From an uncultured Bacilli bacterium (GTDB taxonomy: Bacteria; Bacillota_I; Bacilli_A; RF39; UBA660): 64,000 nucleotides of DNA. The DNA is taken from contig CAKPGR010000003.1 in assembly GCA_934155005.1 (NCBI GenBank), positions 13,011 through 77,010 of the forward strand. The letters are read 5' to 3'. The position numbers were made by a program, and so were the translations under genes. The notes under the pieces are model-generated. The model had not been told where the DNA came from, did no database searches, and was given only the letters and a program-made list of their open reading frames with translations. Each line of letters opens with the position of its first letter. The stretch's first letter is position 1. Below, one piece after another: positions 9,701 through 18,432 of the stretch.

Positions 9701-11313
9701 AAGTATCTAATATTACTAATAAAAAAGCTACTAAATTATGGCTTGAAAATATACCTGAGATTATTATTGCTGATGATTTAGAAAAGAAATACAATGTAAA
9801 TTATGAAAGATATAATCCAACAGCTATAATTGGAGAATATGATGCACCTGAAAATCAAGAACAAGGTGTTGTAACTTATAATTTGCTTTCTAATGGTAAT
9901 ACTGTAATTTATGGTATGGATGGTTCCGAAAGAGAGTCATTAATTAATACAATAATTTATTCATCTACTAAAAATTTTAGTGCTGATGAAATAAATTACT
10001 ATATTGTTGATTATGGATCAGAATCATTTAGAAAATATTCAAAATTACCTCATTTAGGTGGAATAGTATTTGCATCAGAAGATGAAAAATATCATAATTT
10101 ATTTAAATTGATAAGAGAAGAATTACAAAAAAGAAAAAAATTATTTGCTGATTTTGGTGGTGAATATACTAACTTTATCCAAAATAGTGAAACTAAATTA
10201 CCAATATATACAATAATACTAAATAACTATGATTCAATTTATGATAGTAATCCTGAAATATATGATGAACTTCCTGATCTTATGAGAGATTCAGAAAGAT
10301 ATGGAATTATCTTTATTATTACTTGTAATGCTGTTAATTCTGTTCAAACTAAATTAACGCAAAATATTAATAATTCATATGCTTTAAAATTAAAAGATTC
10401 ATCTGATTATAGTATGGTATTTGGTAAGAATACAAAAATAATACCAAGAAATATTAATGGTAGAGGATTAGTTATGTTGGATAATATTCACGAATTTCAA
10501 ACTGCTAGCATAGTAAATAAAGACATGGATTTAAATAAATTTATTAATGATTTCATAAATAATGAGAGAATTAAAAATAAAAACAGTATTAATAAAATAC
10601 CTACATTACCAGATATTGTTAGATATAATGATATTTCTAATTATATAAGGGGATTAAATTGTATTCCTATTGGTATCGAAAAAAATGAATTAAACGTTAG
10701 CTTAGTTGATTACACATCTAATATTGGTAATATTATTACTTCAAATAAACTTGTAAATATGGAAAAATTTGTTAAAAGTCTTTTAAATGTTTTCCACAAT
10801 ATAAATAATTTTGACACAATTATTTTTGATGTAAGTAATAGTTTAAAATTAAATAATCAAAATTATCCTAATTATTTTGTAAAAGATGTTGATAAAATGA
10901 TGAATGTTGTAGTTGATTATGTGGAAAAAGAAATTAATAGCGGATCTAGCAAAGAAGGCGTTATTGTTATTTATGGATTAGATAAATTTATGACTAAGCT
11001 ACAAGATAAATCTTTATTAGATAAATTACTTGAAACAGTTAAAAATTATGAACATATGAGTGTGATTATAATTGAAAATGTTTTAAAAATTAAAAAATAT
11101 AATTTTGATACTTGGTTTTCAACATATTTTAATGTTAATGATGGTATATGGATTGGAAGAGGAATAGCTGATCAAAATTTACTTCATTTAGCTTCAATAA
11201 CAAAAGACATGACAGTTGATATTAAAAATGACATGGGATATTATGTCAGCGAAGGAGTAGGCGTTAAAGTTAGATTTATAGATTTTATAACGGAGGATAA
11301 CAATGAAAAATAA
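6760..11313 (+). CDS. essC: Type VII secretion FtsK/SpoIIIE-family ATPase EssC/YukB-like (N-terminal FHA-like region, 2 TM helices, three P-loop domains)
   Basis: About 1517 aa from GTG 6760 (RBS AAAGGGTGG; the track ORF starts at an upstream TTG). TM pair around PLILTLGPMFTMGIISVV...AGAMLLSMLLWPLL. Walker A LIAGMTGSGKSEF in domain 1 (about nt 8875), degenerate IYGMDGSERES in domain 2, and a third NTPase-like domain. Confidence 0.85.
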   Translation: MIIYLYLEDKLLTFRLPNQILGSYSFDEYDEEEDKLINIDAKDNNWILYSTKNSQILNGNNIIQNIVLKPDNFYVLKRNNKNYLIYTTSSFNNNNTLYKFDEKLNLIVGNSNECNINYQIGLLNDCLIKIHYVNNVLVLEKTGNRLIYINKNAFNLASVRLNCGTEIDIYGLRIYIFNNMVLINNPANRVKINVQACFLTNYFMPEFQEPKNIEIKDIDLYNKDDYFLKSPRIRRLIETKNIKLTSPPKTEEEKDMPLILTLGPMFTMGIISVVTLISSISKIISKEATIAESITSLITAGAMLLSMLLWPLLTNFYNKKIKSKKLKESVDKYETYLEEKRKSFEKEEKIQRDILNENLLSTEECFNIIKNKNINFWNKRIDQNDFLNVRIGKGNQLLDIKLDYQEDDFILENNTLREKIDKMIEEFKYIENVPIGYSFYDNPITAIMGNRNKCMSFVDNLLLQLLSFYTYEDLKIVLFTDSFKKDRWEYIKYLNHNFDNERDFRFFSSDYESAKTIMEYLTFELNNRLSVEGATLYKPHYFIVVDGYDRVKQFDFIKQLTETDKNLGFTLVIIEQKIGNLPSKCSNFITIGQKTSGLLKNSYEKQEKIDFIDEVNNTFNMLDISKYLANIPIEFEEGIKQLPNAISFLEMEKVGKVEQLNILNRWNTNDATSSLKAEVGVDENNELIYLDLHEKFHGPHGLIAGMTGSGKSEFIITYILSLAINYSPDDVEFILIDYKGGGLAFAFENKTTGMCLPHLAGTITNLDKAEMDRTLVSIDSEIKRRQKVFNDARDKLGESTIDIYKYQRFYKEGKLDLPVPHLFIICDEFAELKTQQPDFMDNLISVARIGRSLGVHLILATQKPSGVVNDQIWSNTKFRVCLKVQDESDSKEMLKRPEAASLKQTGRFYLQVGYDELFLLGQSGWCGAKYYPSDKIVKQVDKSINFINDCGNIIRSAEAGSNQVVQSNGEQLSAIVNNIIEVSNITNKKATKLWLENIPEIIIADDLEKKYNVNYERYNPTAIIGEYDAPENQEQGVVTYNLLSNGNTVIYGMDGSERESLINTIIYSSTKNFSADEINYYIVDYGSESFRKYSKLPHLGGIVFASEDEKYHNLFKLIREELQKRKKLFADFGGEYTNFIQNSETKLPIYTIILNNYDSIYDSNPEIYDELPDLMRDSERYGIIFIITCNAVNSVQTKLTQNINNSYALKLKDSSDYSMVFGKNTKIIPRNINGRGLVMLDNIHEFQTASIVNKDMDLNKFINDFINNERIKNKNSINKIPTLPDIVRYNDISNYIRGLNCIPIGIEKNELNVSLVDYTSNIGNIITSNKLVNMEKFVKSLLNVFHNINNFDTIIFDVSNSLKLNNQNYPNYFVKDVDKMMNVVVDYVEKEINSGSSKEGVIVIYGLDKFMTKLQDKSLLDKLLETVKNYEHMSVIIIENVLKIKKYNFDTWFSTYFNVNDGIWIGRGIADQNLLHLASITKDMTVDIKNDMGYYVSEGVGVKVRFIDFITEDNNEK

Positions 11314-11566
11314 AGTTTTAGTAAAAGTAATGATGCCAGAAATGGATTTAACATTTGATATTTTTATTCCAGTTAATGAATTAGTTTGGAAAATAAAAAA
11401 ATTGATAATTAAATGTGTTTCAGATATTACCTGTTATCCATTAGATATAAAAGAAGAATATTATTTAGTAAATAAAAGTAATGGTAATTTTTATAATAAT
11501 AATGATGTTGTTATAAATACAGATATTAGAAATAGTACCGAATTAATATTAGTGTCAAAAGTATAA
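11303..11566 (+). CDS. esaB: Small ubiquitin-like (beta-grasp) protein, YukD/EsaB-like
   Basis: 87 aa, overlaps the essC stop by 11 nt; size, alternating beta-strand pattern and position next to essC fit the YukD/EsaB family. Confidence 0.45.
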   Translation: MKNKVLVKVMMPEMDLTFDIFIPVNELVWKIKKLIIKCVSDITCYPLDIKEEYYLVNKSNGNFYNNNDVVINTDIRNSTELILVSKV

Positions 11567-11595
11567 AAAATATTATATAGAAGAGGAGAAATTTT

Positions 11596-11934
11596 ATGAC
11601 TTATGAAAAATTTTTACCAATAGGAACTGTTGTTATATTGAAAGGAGGTTCTAAAAGGTGTATGATTACCGGTTTTTGCGTAACTGGTGATAAAGATGAA
11701 AACATGTATGATTATTGCGGTGTTTTATATCCAGAAGGAGTTTTATCATCTAATCAAACTTTGATGTTTAATCATAATCAAATAGATAAACTTTATCATT
11801 TAGGTTTTATTGATGATGAGGAAAAACAATTTAAATTGAAATTAAATGAAATTATAAATAATACTAAGAGTGATATTTCAAATAATAATCAACAAATAAA
11901 TAATATAACAAATCAATCTAATAATATAAATTAA
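11596..11934 (+). CDS. DUF4176-like protein (T7SS-associated family)
   Basis: N-terminus MTYEKFLPIGTVVILKGGSKRCMITGF matches the LPIGSVV-LK-GG...MI-G signature I associate with DUF4176; Asn/Gln-rich tail. Confidence 0.45.
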   Translation: MTYEKFLPIGTVVILKGGSKRCMITGFCVTGDKDENMYDYCGVLYPEGVLSSNQTLMFNHNQIDKLYHLGFIDDEEKQFKLKLNEIINNTKSDISNNNQQINNITNQSNNIN

Positions 11935-11978
11935 GAAAATATCATTGATTTATAATAAAATAGAAAAGGAAGTGAGTT

Positions 11979-14432
11979 ATGTCTGATGTAAGTAAGATAT
12001 CAGGTAATATAACACCAAATTTGAACAATTTTGGTAATATAGTTAAAAAGTCAATATCTAATAGTGTTACAGGCTTACAAGGCATGCCTCAAGACCAAGT
12101 AACTTCAACAGTGGATTTGTCATCTTTTGTAGATGTTAAAGAAAATATTACTGATGCATTTCAAAAATTCTCTGTTTCTTATGATGAGACGGCTACTAAA
12201 ATAGCTGATAAGGCAGAAAGTAAAATAGGTGAAATGCTTAGAAAACTGGATTCTTATCAAAAAGAAGCTAATGATTGGTGGAACAATGAAGCAAAGCCAT
12301 TCTTTGATAAAGCCGCAAAAAATATTGAAAAGGCATACATAGAGTCAGCTGCTATTCAAACTAGAGTTGATAGTACAGCAGCGACAGCAGTATTATCAGT
12401 TGGTGAAGGTATTTTTAAAGTGGGAGAGTGGGTTGTAGATGGAGGCGCTATAGTTGCAACAGCATGTGATTCCCTTCAAACCTTGGCTATTGATTTAGGA
12501 AAATACGTTGGATGTAAAGTAACTAATCAAGAGTTTGAATCTGAAACAGCTAAAATGTGGAATAATACAAAAGATTTTGTTTCAAATGACTTTGTTGGTG
12601 GAGCATTTGATAAATTTTATGATAATACAAAAGTTGGAAATTATTTAAAGAAAAGTTCCTATGCTTTTGATAATACGCGTGAATTTGGTAAAGGATTTGG
12701 GGAAGCTATTGGTGTAATAGCTATATCTGCTTTAACATTTGGAGCAGGTGGTGCAGCAATAGGAGGTGCAGGTGCAGCTGGATCTGCTGGTGTTTTTGGA
12801 AGTAGTGCAGCGCAACTTGGAGTAACAGCCGGTGCAGTAGGATTTGGTAAAGGATCAGAAAAAGCATGGTCTGATGGTGCTGGTATAGCTGAGGGATTAG
12901 CTACTGGTGCAGCTACTGGTGCTTGGGAAGGATTTCAATGGTTTATTGGTGGTAAAATTGGTGGCTCTAACATTGCTGGTGAGTCTCATAAAGTATTAAA
13001 TAGTTTATCAAGAATTGTTTTAGATGGTATAGATGGTGGTGTGGAAGGATTCACACAACCAGTTATTAATTCAATATATCAAAAAGGATATTATGATGAA
13101 AATGATATTTATGTAGAATTTGATGAAGAAGATAATTATGTTGACAAAGTAAAAGAATTATATGATGATAATGGTGGATGGAATAGTGTTCGTCAAGGAT
13201 TTATAATGGGATCTGTTATGTCTGCACTTGGTGAAGTATCAGGTGGAGTCAAACAACTTAAAAATGAAGGTAAAACAAAACCTAATAAAATTGATAATGA
13301 TGTAAAAATAAAATCAGTTGATAGTGGTCAAAATAAAAATACAATAACATTTGAAGAATATCAAAATATGAAAAAAGAAGTTGATGTTAAATCTTTACAA
13401 GAAAGACTTGATAAATTAAGAAAAATAATTGATACTGATGAATATAGAAGGTATACTGAAAGAAATAAACAACATGAAGCTCAAGTTTTAAGACCTGATT
13501 TTGACAATATAGATAAAGAAATAGCTTCAATTGAGACCAAATTAGCGAGTAATCCTATTTCTAAAAAAATAGAAAAAACATTAAAAGATGAAATCAATTC
13601 TTTGATAAATAAAACTGATGATGTTGAAACAAAAGCTAGAAAATTATATGTTGAATTGAATAAAAGAGTTTCCTATGATTTTAATTATATTAAGGGTAAT
13701 AAGGAAGTACAACAAGAACTTTTAAATAGAAAAGTTACATTTGATAATATGAAAAATAACGAGGTTGTATGTAAGGGTTGGTCAGATTTATTTAATGAAC
13801 TTTTAAAAGATAATGGTATTGATTCTAAAATCGTTTCTACATCTAAAAAATCGCATTATTGGGTTGAAATTAATTTAGAAGATAGTATAATAATTGCTGA
13901 TGCAACAGATGCTTTAGGTATTGGTGGACCGGATTTAAGTAATTGCAAGAATGGATTTTCAACATTGGGGTTTGTTAAGACACATAAAGGTATGTCAAAT
14001 ACAAGATTAAAAAATATGTATGATAATAATCCAGGAGTTGAAGAGGCGGTTAAGAGCCAATGGAAAAAAGTTGATAGTAAAATTGAATATAATAATAATG
14101 GGGCTTATTTAGAAGACATTGTTGAAAAATCAAGAGAATTATTTGGAAAAAATAATTCAAACAATGATACTAGTTTATTTAAACTAGATATTCCAGATAA
14201 ATCAGATGGTTATAGCTTATTTGGTTATTTGAACAAGATGAAAGAAATTACTGGAAATAGTACTGCAAATATAAATTATGGATTTTTCAAAAATGGTAAT
14301 AATTACGAGTTTACAACAATACTTACCGAAAATAATAATTATATGGTATGTAATAATTCAATTGGAAAGAAAATATTTGATAATTTTATAGATTTTGATA
14401 ATTTTCTTCATTCAAATAATATTTCAAGATGA
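11979..14432 (+). CDS. Large T7SS-type polymorphic toxin candidate: N-terminal helical domain, Gly/Ala-rich glycine-zipper segment, C-terminal transglutaminase-like cysteine protease domain
   Basis: 817 aa. Gly-zipper GAGGAAIGGAGAAGSAGVFGSSAAQLGVTAGAVGFGKG at about nt 12700-12990. C-terminal VVCKGWSDLFNELLKDNGIDSKIVS...KSHYWVEINLED...IIIADATDA matches the transglutaminase core pattern C-x-x-[WFY]...G-I...H-x-W-V-E...D-x-T. Confidence 0.6.
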   Translation: MSDVSKISGNITPNLNNFGNIVKKSISNSVTGLQGMPQDQVTSTVDLSSFVDVKENITDAFQKFSVSYDETATKIADKAESKIGEMLRKLDSYQKEANDWWNNEAKPFFDKAAKNIEKAYIESAAIQTRVDSTAATAVLSVGEGIFKVGEWVVDGGAIVATACDSLQTLAIDLGKYVGCKVTNQEFESETAKMWNNTKDFVSNDFVGGAFDKFYDNTKVGNYLKKSSYAFDNTREFGKGFGEAIGVIAISALTFGAGGAAIGGAGAAGSAGVFGSSAAQLGVTAGAVGFGKGSEKAWSDGAGIAEGLATGAATGAWEGFQWFIGGKIGGSNIAGESHKVLNSLSRIVLDGIDGGVEGFTQPVINSIYQKGYYDENDIYVEFDEEDNYVDKVKELYDDNGGWNSVRQGFIMGSVMSALGEVSGGVKQLKNEGKTKPNKIDNDVKIKSVDSGQNKNTITFEEYQNMKKEVDVKSLQERLDKLRKIIDTDEYRRYTERNKQHEAQVLRPDFDNIDKEIASIETKLASNPISKKIEKTLKDEINSLINKTDDVETKARKLYVELNKRVSYDFNYIKGNKEVQQELLNRKVTFDNMKNNEVVCKGWSDLFNELLKDNGIDSKIVSTSKKSHYWVEINLEDSIIIADATDALGIGGPDLSNCKNGFSTLGFVKTHKGMSNTRLKNMYDNNPGVEEAVKSQWKKVDSKIEYNNNGAYLEDIVEKSRELFGKNNSNNDTSLFKLDIPDKSDGYSLFGYLNKMKEITGNSTANINYGFFKNGNNYEFTTILTENNNYMVCNNSIGKKIFDNFIDFDNFLHSNNISR

Positions 14433-14450
14433 TGATAGGGATGATAATTT

Positions 14451-14711
14451 ATGGATAAAATAATTGAACTTTTAGAGCGTAAAAAAGGCAAAATAAATAC
14501 AGATTTAGATTTAGAAAAATATAATCATATAAAAGAAATTATTAAACATGAAGATATATTTTTTTATCTTGATATGTCAACAGTACTTGGGATTTTAGAA
14601 TTTTTAGATGTAGAACCTGATGAAAGATTAAAGTTATATTATTCTTTAACTTCAATGGAAAATTATGAAAAAAATATTCCAAATGTTAGAATTATTAATG
14701 GAAAAAAATAG
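14451..14711 (+). CDS. Small 86-aa protein immediately downstream of the toxin; candidate immunity protein
   Basis: Position only; no TM; acidic. Confidence 0.3.
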   Translation: MDKIIELLERKKGKINTDLDLEKYNHIKEIIKHEDIFFYLDMSTVLGILEFLDVEPDERLKLYYSLTSMENYEKNIPNVRIINGKK

Positions 14712-14715
14712 AAAA

Positions 14716-14738
14716 AAATGGAAATTATTTTTCCATTT
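14716..14738. terminator. Bidirectional terminator between the convergent toxin/immunity operon and the VanY-like genes
   Basis: aaatggaaa/tttccattt stem flanked by an A-run upstream and a T-run downstream. Confidence 0.6.
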
Positions 14739-15399
14739 TTTTATATTCTTCTAATGTTTTATTATTTTCATGTAAATATTTAGCTAATTTCTTTCCAACA
14801 TATCTATAATGCCAAGGTTCATATTTAAACCCTGTAATTCTTTCTTTATTTTTAGGATACCTTAAAATAAAACCATACTTATGAGCATTTTTTATCATCC
14901 AATTAAATTCTTTTGATTCTTCAAATAAATTATAATCATCATTAGACCCCATTACATCAACTGCTAAACCTGTTTGATGCTCAGAGTGACCTGGTTTAGC
15001 AGATGCTTTTAAAGCATAATCTAAGCCTTTTTCTTTTACATAATAATTAAATAATTCATCTTGATATTCATAACTTCTATAAGCGGATACAGCAGTAATA
15101 TTATATTCCTTTTTTTTAGCATCTCTACTTAAAGCTTCAAAATTAATAGCAGCACATCTTCTCAAAAACTTATTTTGATTGGAGTATATAACATCTAATT
15201 TTATTAAATCATCAGGTTTATAATTACTATTTAATTTATTATTTTTATTAACTAAAACATCAATTTTATTAGGGTTATCAATTGTCTTAACATTTTTATA
15301 AAATTTAGGCCCAAAAATATTTAAATCCTTAGTATAAAAAAACAAAATAAGTAAAATGAGAATAAAATAAAAACAAAATTTAAAAAATTTTAAACTCAT
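14725..15399 (-). CDS. Membrane-anchored D-alanyl-D-alanine carboxypeptidase, peptidase M15B/VanY family (paralog 1)
   Basis: N-terminal TM; SAYRSYEYQ, HSEHQTGLAVDV and EPWHYRYVG motifs of VanY-type zinc peptidases. Confidence 0.8.
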   Translation of the reverse strand: MSLKFFKFCFYFILILLILFFYTKDLNIFGPKFYKNVKTIDNPNKIDVLVNKNNKLNSNYKPDDLIKLDVIYSNQNKFLRRCAAINFEALSRDAKKKEYNITAVSAYRSYEYQDELFNYYVKEKGLDYALKASAKPGHSEHQTGLAVDVMGSNDDYNLFEESKEFNWMIKNAHKYGFILRYPKNKERITGFKYEPWHYRYVGKKLAKYLHENNKTLEEYKKMEK

Positions 15400-15438
15400 A
15401 ATCTCACCACTATATTATATGAAAAAATGTTAAGTAGT

Positions 15439-16512
15439 TTACTTAACATAATATTCATAATACTCTTCAAAAGTTAAATTCTTTTCAAATATCATTTTAG
15501 CAGCTTCAATTCCAACGTATCTATAATGCCATGACTCATATATATATCCTGTTATATTAACTTTATCCTTAGGATATCTTAAAATAAAACCATATTTATA
15601 AGCATTCTCTTTTAACCAAGTAAATTCCTTAGTTGTTTCAAAATTTCCAAGAGTTGTAGTAGGAGTAGTAACATCAAAAGCAAGACCTGTTTGATGTTCA
15701 GAATAACCAGGACGAGCTGAATAAGTATCAGCTTTATTATAACCATCAACAGAAGCATAATTTTCATATAATGAATTTTGTGTTTTAAAACTTCTGTAAG
15801 GTGATCTAATATATAGATTTAAATTTTTATTTTTAGCGTCTTTCCACATTTTTTTATAAGCGTCATATACAGTACTATTTAAATACTTACCACTAACTCC
15901 ATAAGTGGATTCTATTTCAACTAAATCACTAGGAATATAGTCATCATCTAACTTGTTATATTTATTAACTAGAATTAAAAAGCCCTTAGATAAATCAGTC
16001 TTTTTAACGTTAGTATAATAATTATAATCTCTACCACTATTAACCATTGTAATAATATTACTTACATCATCACTATCATAAGCTAAATATCTATCTAAAT
16101 TATCCATTTTAAAATATTTGCTTTTCATTAAAGAAATGGTTTTATCAGTATAAGTTATATTTTTATCAAAAAAGTTATTATTAACAACATAAATAATATC
16201 ATCTAAATTAAAATTATATACATTCATAAATTCAATATATTTATCTAAATTATCTTCCTTAAAATCTTTATTTTTTATCAGTTCAATATATTTTTTATTA
16301 TAATCATAATTTAATAATTTCTCTGGATCTTTTAAATTATTTATAATTTTAATATCACTATTAGAATAACCTACATTTTTAAATTTATCGTTTAAAGATA
16401 TAGGTTTATTAGAAATTAAAAAGATGATAATTAAAATAATTAATATAATAACTGGAATAATAAATACACTTTTCTTTAGTTTTCTTTTTTTCATTTTATC
16501 ACTTATCCTCAT
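15439..16512 (-). CDS. Peptidase M15B/VanY family (paralog 2) with extra N-terminal domain
   Basis: N-terminal TM; SPYRSFKTQ, YSEHQTGLAFDV, ESWHYRYVG; shares NLDRYLAY motif with paralog 3. Confidence 0.8.
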   Translation of the reverse strand: MRISDKMKKRKLKKSVFIIPVIILIILIIIFLISNKPISLNDKFKNVGYSNSDIKIINNLKDPEKLLNYDYNKKYIELIKNKDFKEDNLDKYIEFMNVYNFNLDDIIYVVNNNFFDKNITYTDKTISLMKSKYFKMDNLDRYLAYDSDDVSNIITMVNSGRDYNYYTNVKKTDLSKGFLILVNKYNKLDDDYIPSDLVEIESTYGVSGKYLNSTVYDAYKKMWKDAKNKNLNLYIRSPYRSFKTQNSLYENYASVDGYNKADTYSARPGYSEHQTGLAFDVTTPTTTLGNFETTKEFTWLKENAYKYGFILRYPKDKVNITGYIYESWHYRYVGIEAAKMIFEKNLTFEEYYEYYVK

Positions 16513-16636
16513 ATTAAATTATAACACGTATAATAAAAAATGTTAAATAAATATATTAAACAAAATAAAAAAATTTAGAAATTATGTCTATAATATTAAT
16601 AAAATCTAGAAGGTCACAAAAAAAGTTAATTATTTA

Positions 16637-17581
16637 TTAACTTTTTTCAATATAATATGCATAGTATTCATCGTAAGTGATATTTTCTTTATGTATTTTC
16701 AAAGCCATATCTTTTCCAACATATCTATAATGCCAAGGTTCATAATCATATCCAGTTATGTCCTCTTTTCCTTTTGGATATCTTAAAATAAAACCGTATT
16801 TATAAGCATTTTCTTTTAACCATTTACTTTCATTTGAATCATCAAAATTATCCATTGTACTATTATAAGTTACAATATCAAGCGCTAAACCTGTTTGATG
16901 TTCAGAATATCCAGGACGAGCTGCATATAAATCAGCCCATTTTTCACCATTTTTAGTAGCATATCTGTTCCATATACTATCTTGGTCTTCATAAGACCTA
17001 TAAGAAGCATTAACAATTAAATTAAGACCTTTTAATTTAGCTGCTTTATACATTTCTATAAAAGCATCAACAACTTCTTTATTCGCTTTATTATCAGCAA
17101 AAGCATAAGTTGTACCAATATTTATTATGTCAGTAGCTTCATAAGATTTATCTAAATGATAAAATTTATTTATTAACATTAAGTTTCCTAAACTTGTATC
17201 AGTTTCTTTAATAGCGTCTTCATCATACCATTCATAGTCTGCTCCTACATTAACAATACTTACAACATGTGACATTTTATCATTTTTATTTTCTTTATAA
17301 TAAGCCAAATATCTATCTAAATTTTTATATAAAAAGTATTTTTGTTTTACAAAAGAAACTAGTGATTTACTATATTTTTTTGTTAAAACGTCATCAATTT
17401 CTTTATCTTTAAGTTTAAGTATTATTTTTATTTCACTATCATCATAACCAATTTTACCTAATTTATATTCATAACTATTTATATATTTTATGTATTTAAA
17501 ACATCCAATACTTGCTATTATGATAAAAATAATAAGTCCAATTAAAATATAAAATGATTTTTTTAATCTTCTTTTTTTCAT
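16637..17581 (-). CDS. Peptidase M15B/VanY family (paralog 3) with extra N-terminal domain
   Basis: N-terminal TM; ASYRSYEDQ, YSEHQTGLALDI, EPWHYRYVG. Confidence 0.8.
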   Translation of the reverse strand: MKKRRLKKSFYILIGLIIFIIIASIGCFKYIKYINSYEYKLGKIGYDDSEIKIILKLKDKEIDDVLTKKYSKSLVSFVKQKYFLYKNLDRYLAYYKENKNDKMSHVVSIVNVGADYEWYDEDAIKETDTSLGNLMLINKFYHLDKSYEATDIINIGTTYAFADNKANKEVVDAFIEMYKAAKLKGLNLIVNASYRSYEDQDSIWNRYATKNGEKWADLYAARPGYSEHQTGLALDIVTYNSTMDNFDDSNESKWLKENAYKYGFILRYPKGKEDITGYDYEPWHYRYVGKDMALKIHKENITYDEYYAYYIEKS

Positions 17582-17667
17582 AGTATCACCTAATTTAATT
17601 ATAACAAATATTTAAAATAATACAATAAATTTTATAAATAAAGCCATAATATGAATAGGTGAAAAAT

Positions 17668-18186
17668 ATGAATTTAATTTTTTTATGTATAAAAATATTT
17701 TTTGTAAGAATTTTAGATGTATCACTTGGAACAGTAAGATCAATTGTAACTATAAAAGGACAAATTAAAGTAGCTAGTATAATTGGTTTTATTGAAGTCT
17801 TTGTATGGTTTGTAGTTGTAAAAGAAGCTTTGAGCACAACAAATAATAGTATTTTTATAGCTATATCATATGCTTTTGGCTTTGCAACAGGAACATATAT
17901 TGGTGGTTTAATATCTAATCGTTTTATAAAAATTAAACTTGGTATTACAGCTATATTATCAAAAAAAGATAATGAATTAGTTAAAATGATTAGAAAAAAT
18001 GGCTTTGCTGTTAGCGTTATAGATGTTAAAGGACAAAATTTATTAGATTCAAAATATATGCTTTTTATTGAAATAGAAAGTGATAGGTATAATGAATTAA
18101 CTAAATTAATAAAAAATTTAGACAATAATGCTTTTATTGTTGTAAATGAAACTAAATATGTTCATAATGGTTATTTTGCTAAATAA
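17668..18186 (+). CDS. UPF0316/DUF2179-family small membrane protein
   Basis: N-terminal LDVSLGTVRSIVTIKG and 3-4 TM helices followed by a GFAVSVIDVKGQN...MLFIEIE C-terminal domain typical of UPF0316 proteins; ATG 17668 with AGGTGA RBS. Confidence 0.5.
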   Translation: MNLIFLCIKIFFVRILDVSLGTVRSIVTIKGQIKVASIIGFIEVFVWFVVVKEALSTTNNSIFIAISYAFGFATGTYIGGLISNRFIKIKLGITAILSKKDNELVKMIRKNGFAVSVIDVKGQNLLDSKYMLFIEIESDRYNELTKLIKNLDNNAFIVVNETKYVHNGYFAK

Positions 18187-18254
18187 TAATTGATTTAATC
18201 TTAAAAAAATGTTAAAATTACTTTGTAAAGCAATTATGAAAGATAAGTAATAAA

Positions 18255-18420
18255 TATGTTATTTAATAGAGAGTTAGTGTTAGGTGGAAACTAATAGTAA
18301 TAATTTATGAAATCTACTTTCTAGTGAAATTAATCATTTCCGGGTAAAACCGTTATCTAAATTAAGCTATTAGTAGGATGGTACCGCATTTTTTATGCTC
18401 CTATACTGATAGCTTTTTTG
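18255..18420 (+). promoter_or_regulatory. T-box riboswitch-like leader (candidate Ser specifier) upstream of the GNAT-serS pair
   Basis: AGAGAG stem-I-like element at about 18268; candidate specifier UCU-A in gaaatctac; T-box-like sequence attagtaggatggtaccgc at 18364-18387 matching AAnnnGGGTGGnACCGCG; U-run at 18388-18393. Confidence 0.45.
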
Positions 18421-18432
18421 TAGGAGGAAATT

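Noticed and set aside
6760-11313. Interpretation of the 1517-aa ATPase as a chromosome/plasmid DNA translocase (FtsK/SpoIIIE proper) or conjugative coupling protein
   Set aside because: N-terminal FHA-like region, two TM helices, three tandem P-loop domains with a degenerate middle one, and neighbours (YukD-like, DUF4176-like, toxin) fit EssC/YukB; no gamma (winged-helix KOPS-binding) tail was recognised.
17595-18125. 176-aa minus-strand ORF overlapping the UPF0316 gene
   Set aside because: The opposite (+) strand frame encodes a protein with clear family-like features and an RBS; the minus-strand translation is low-complexity Ile/Phe/Lys-rich, typical of antisense artefacts in AT-rich DNA.
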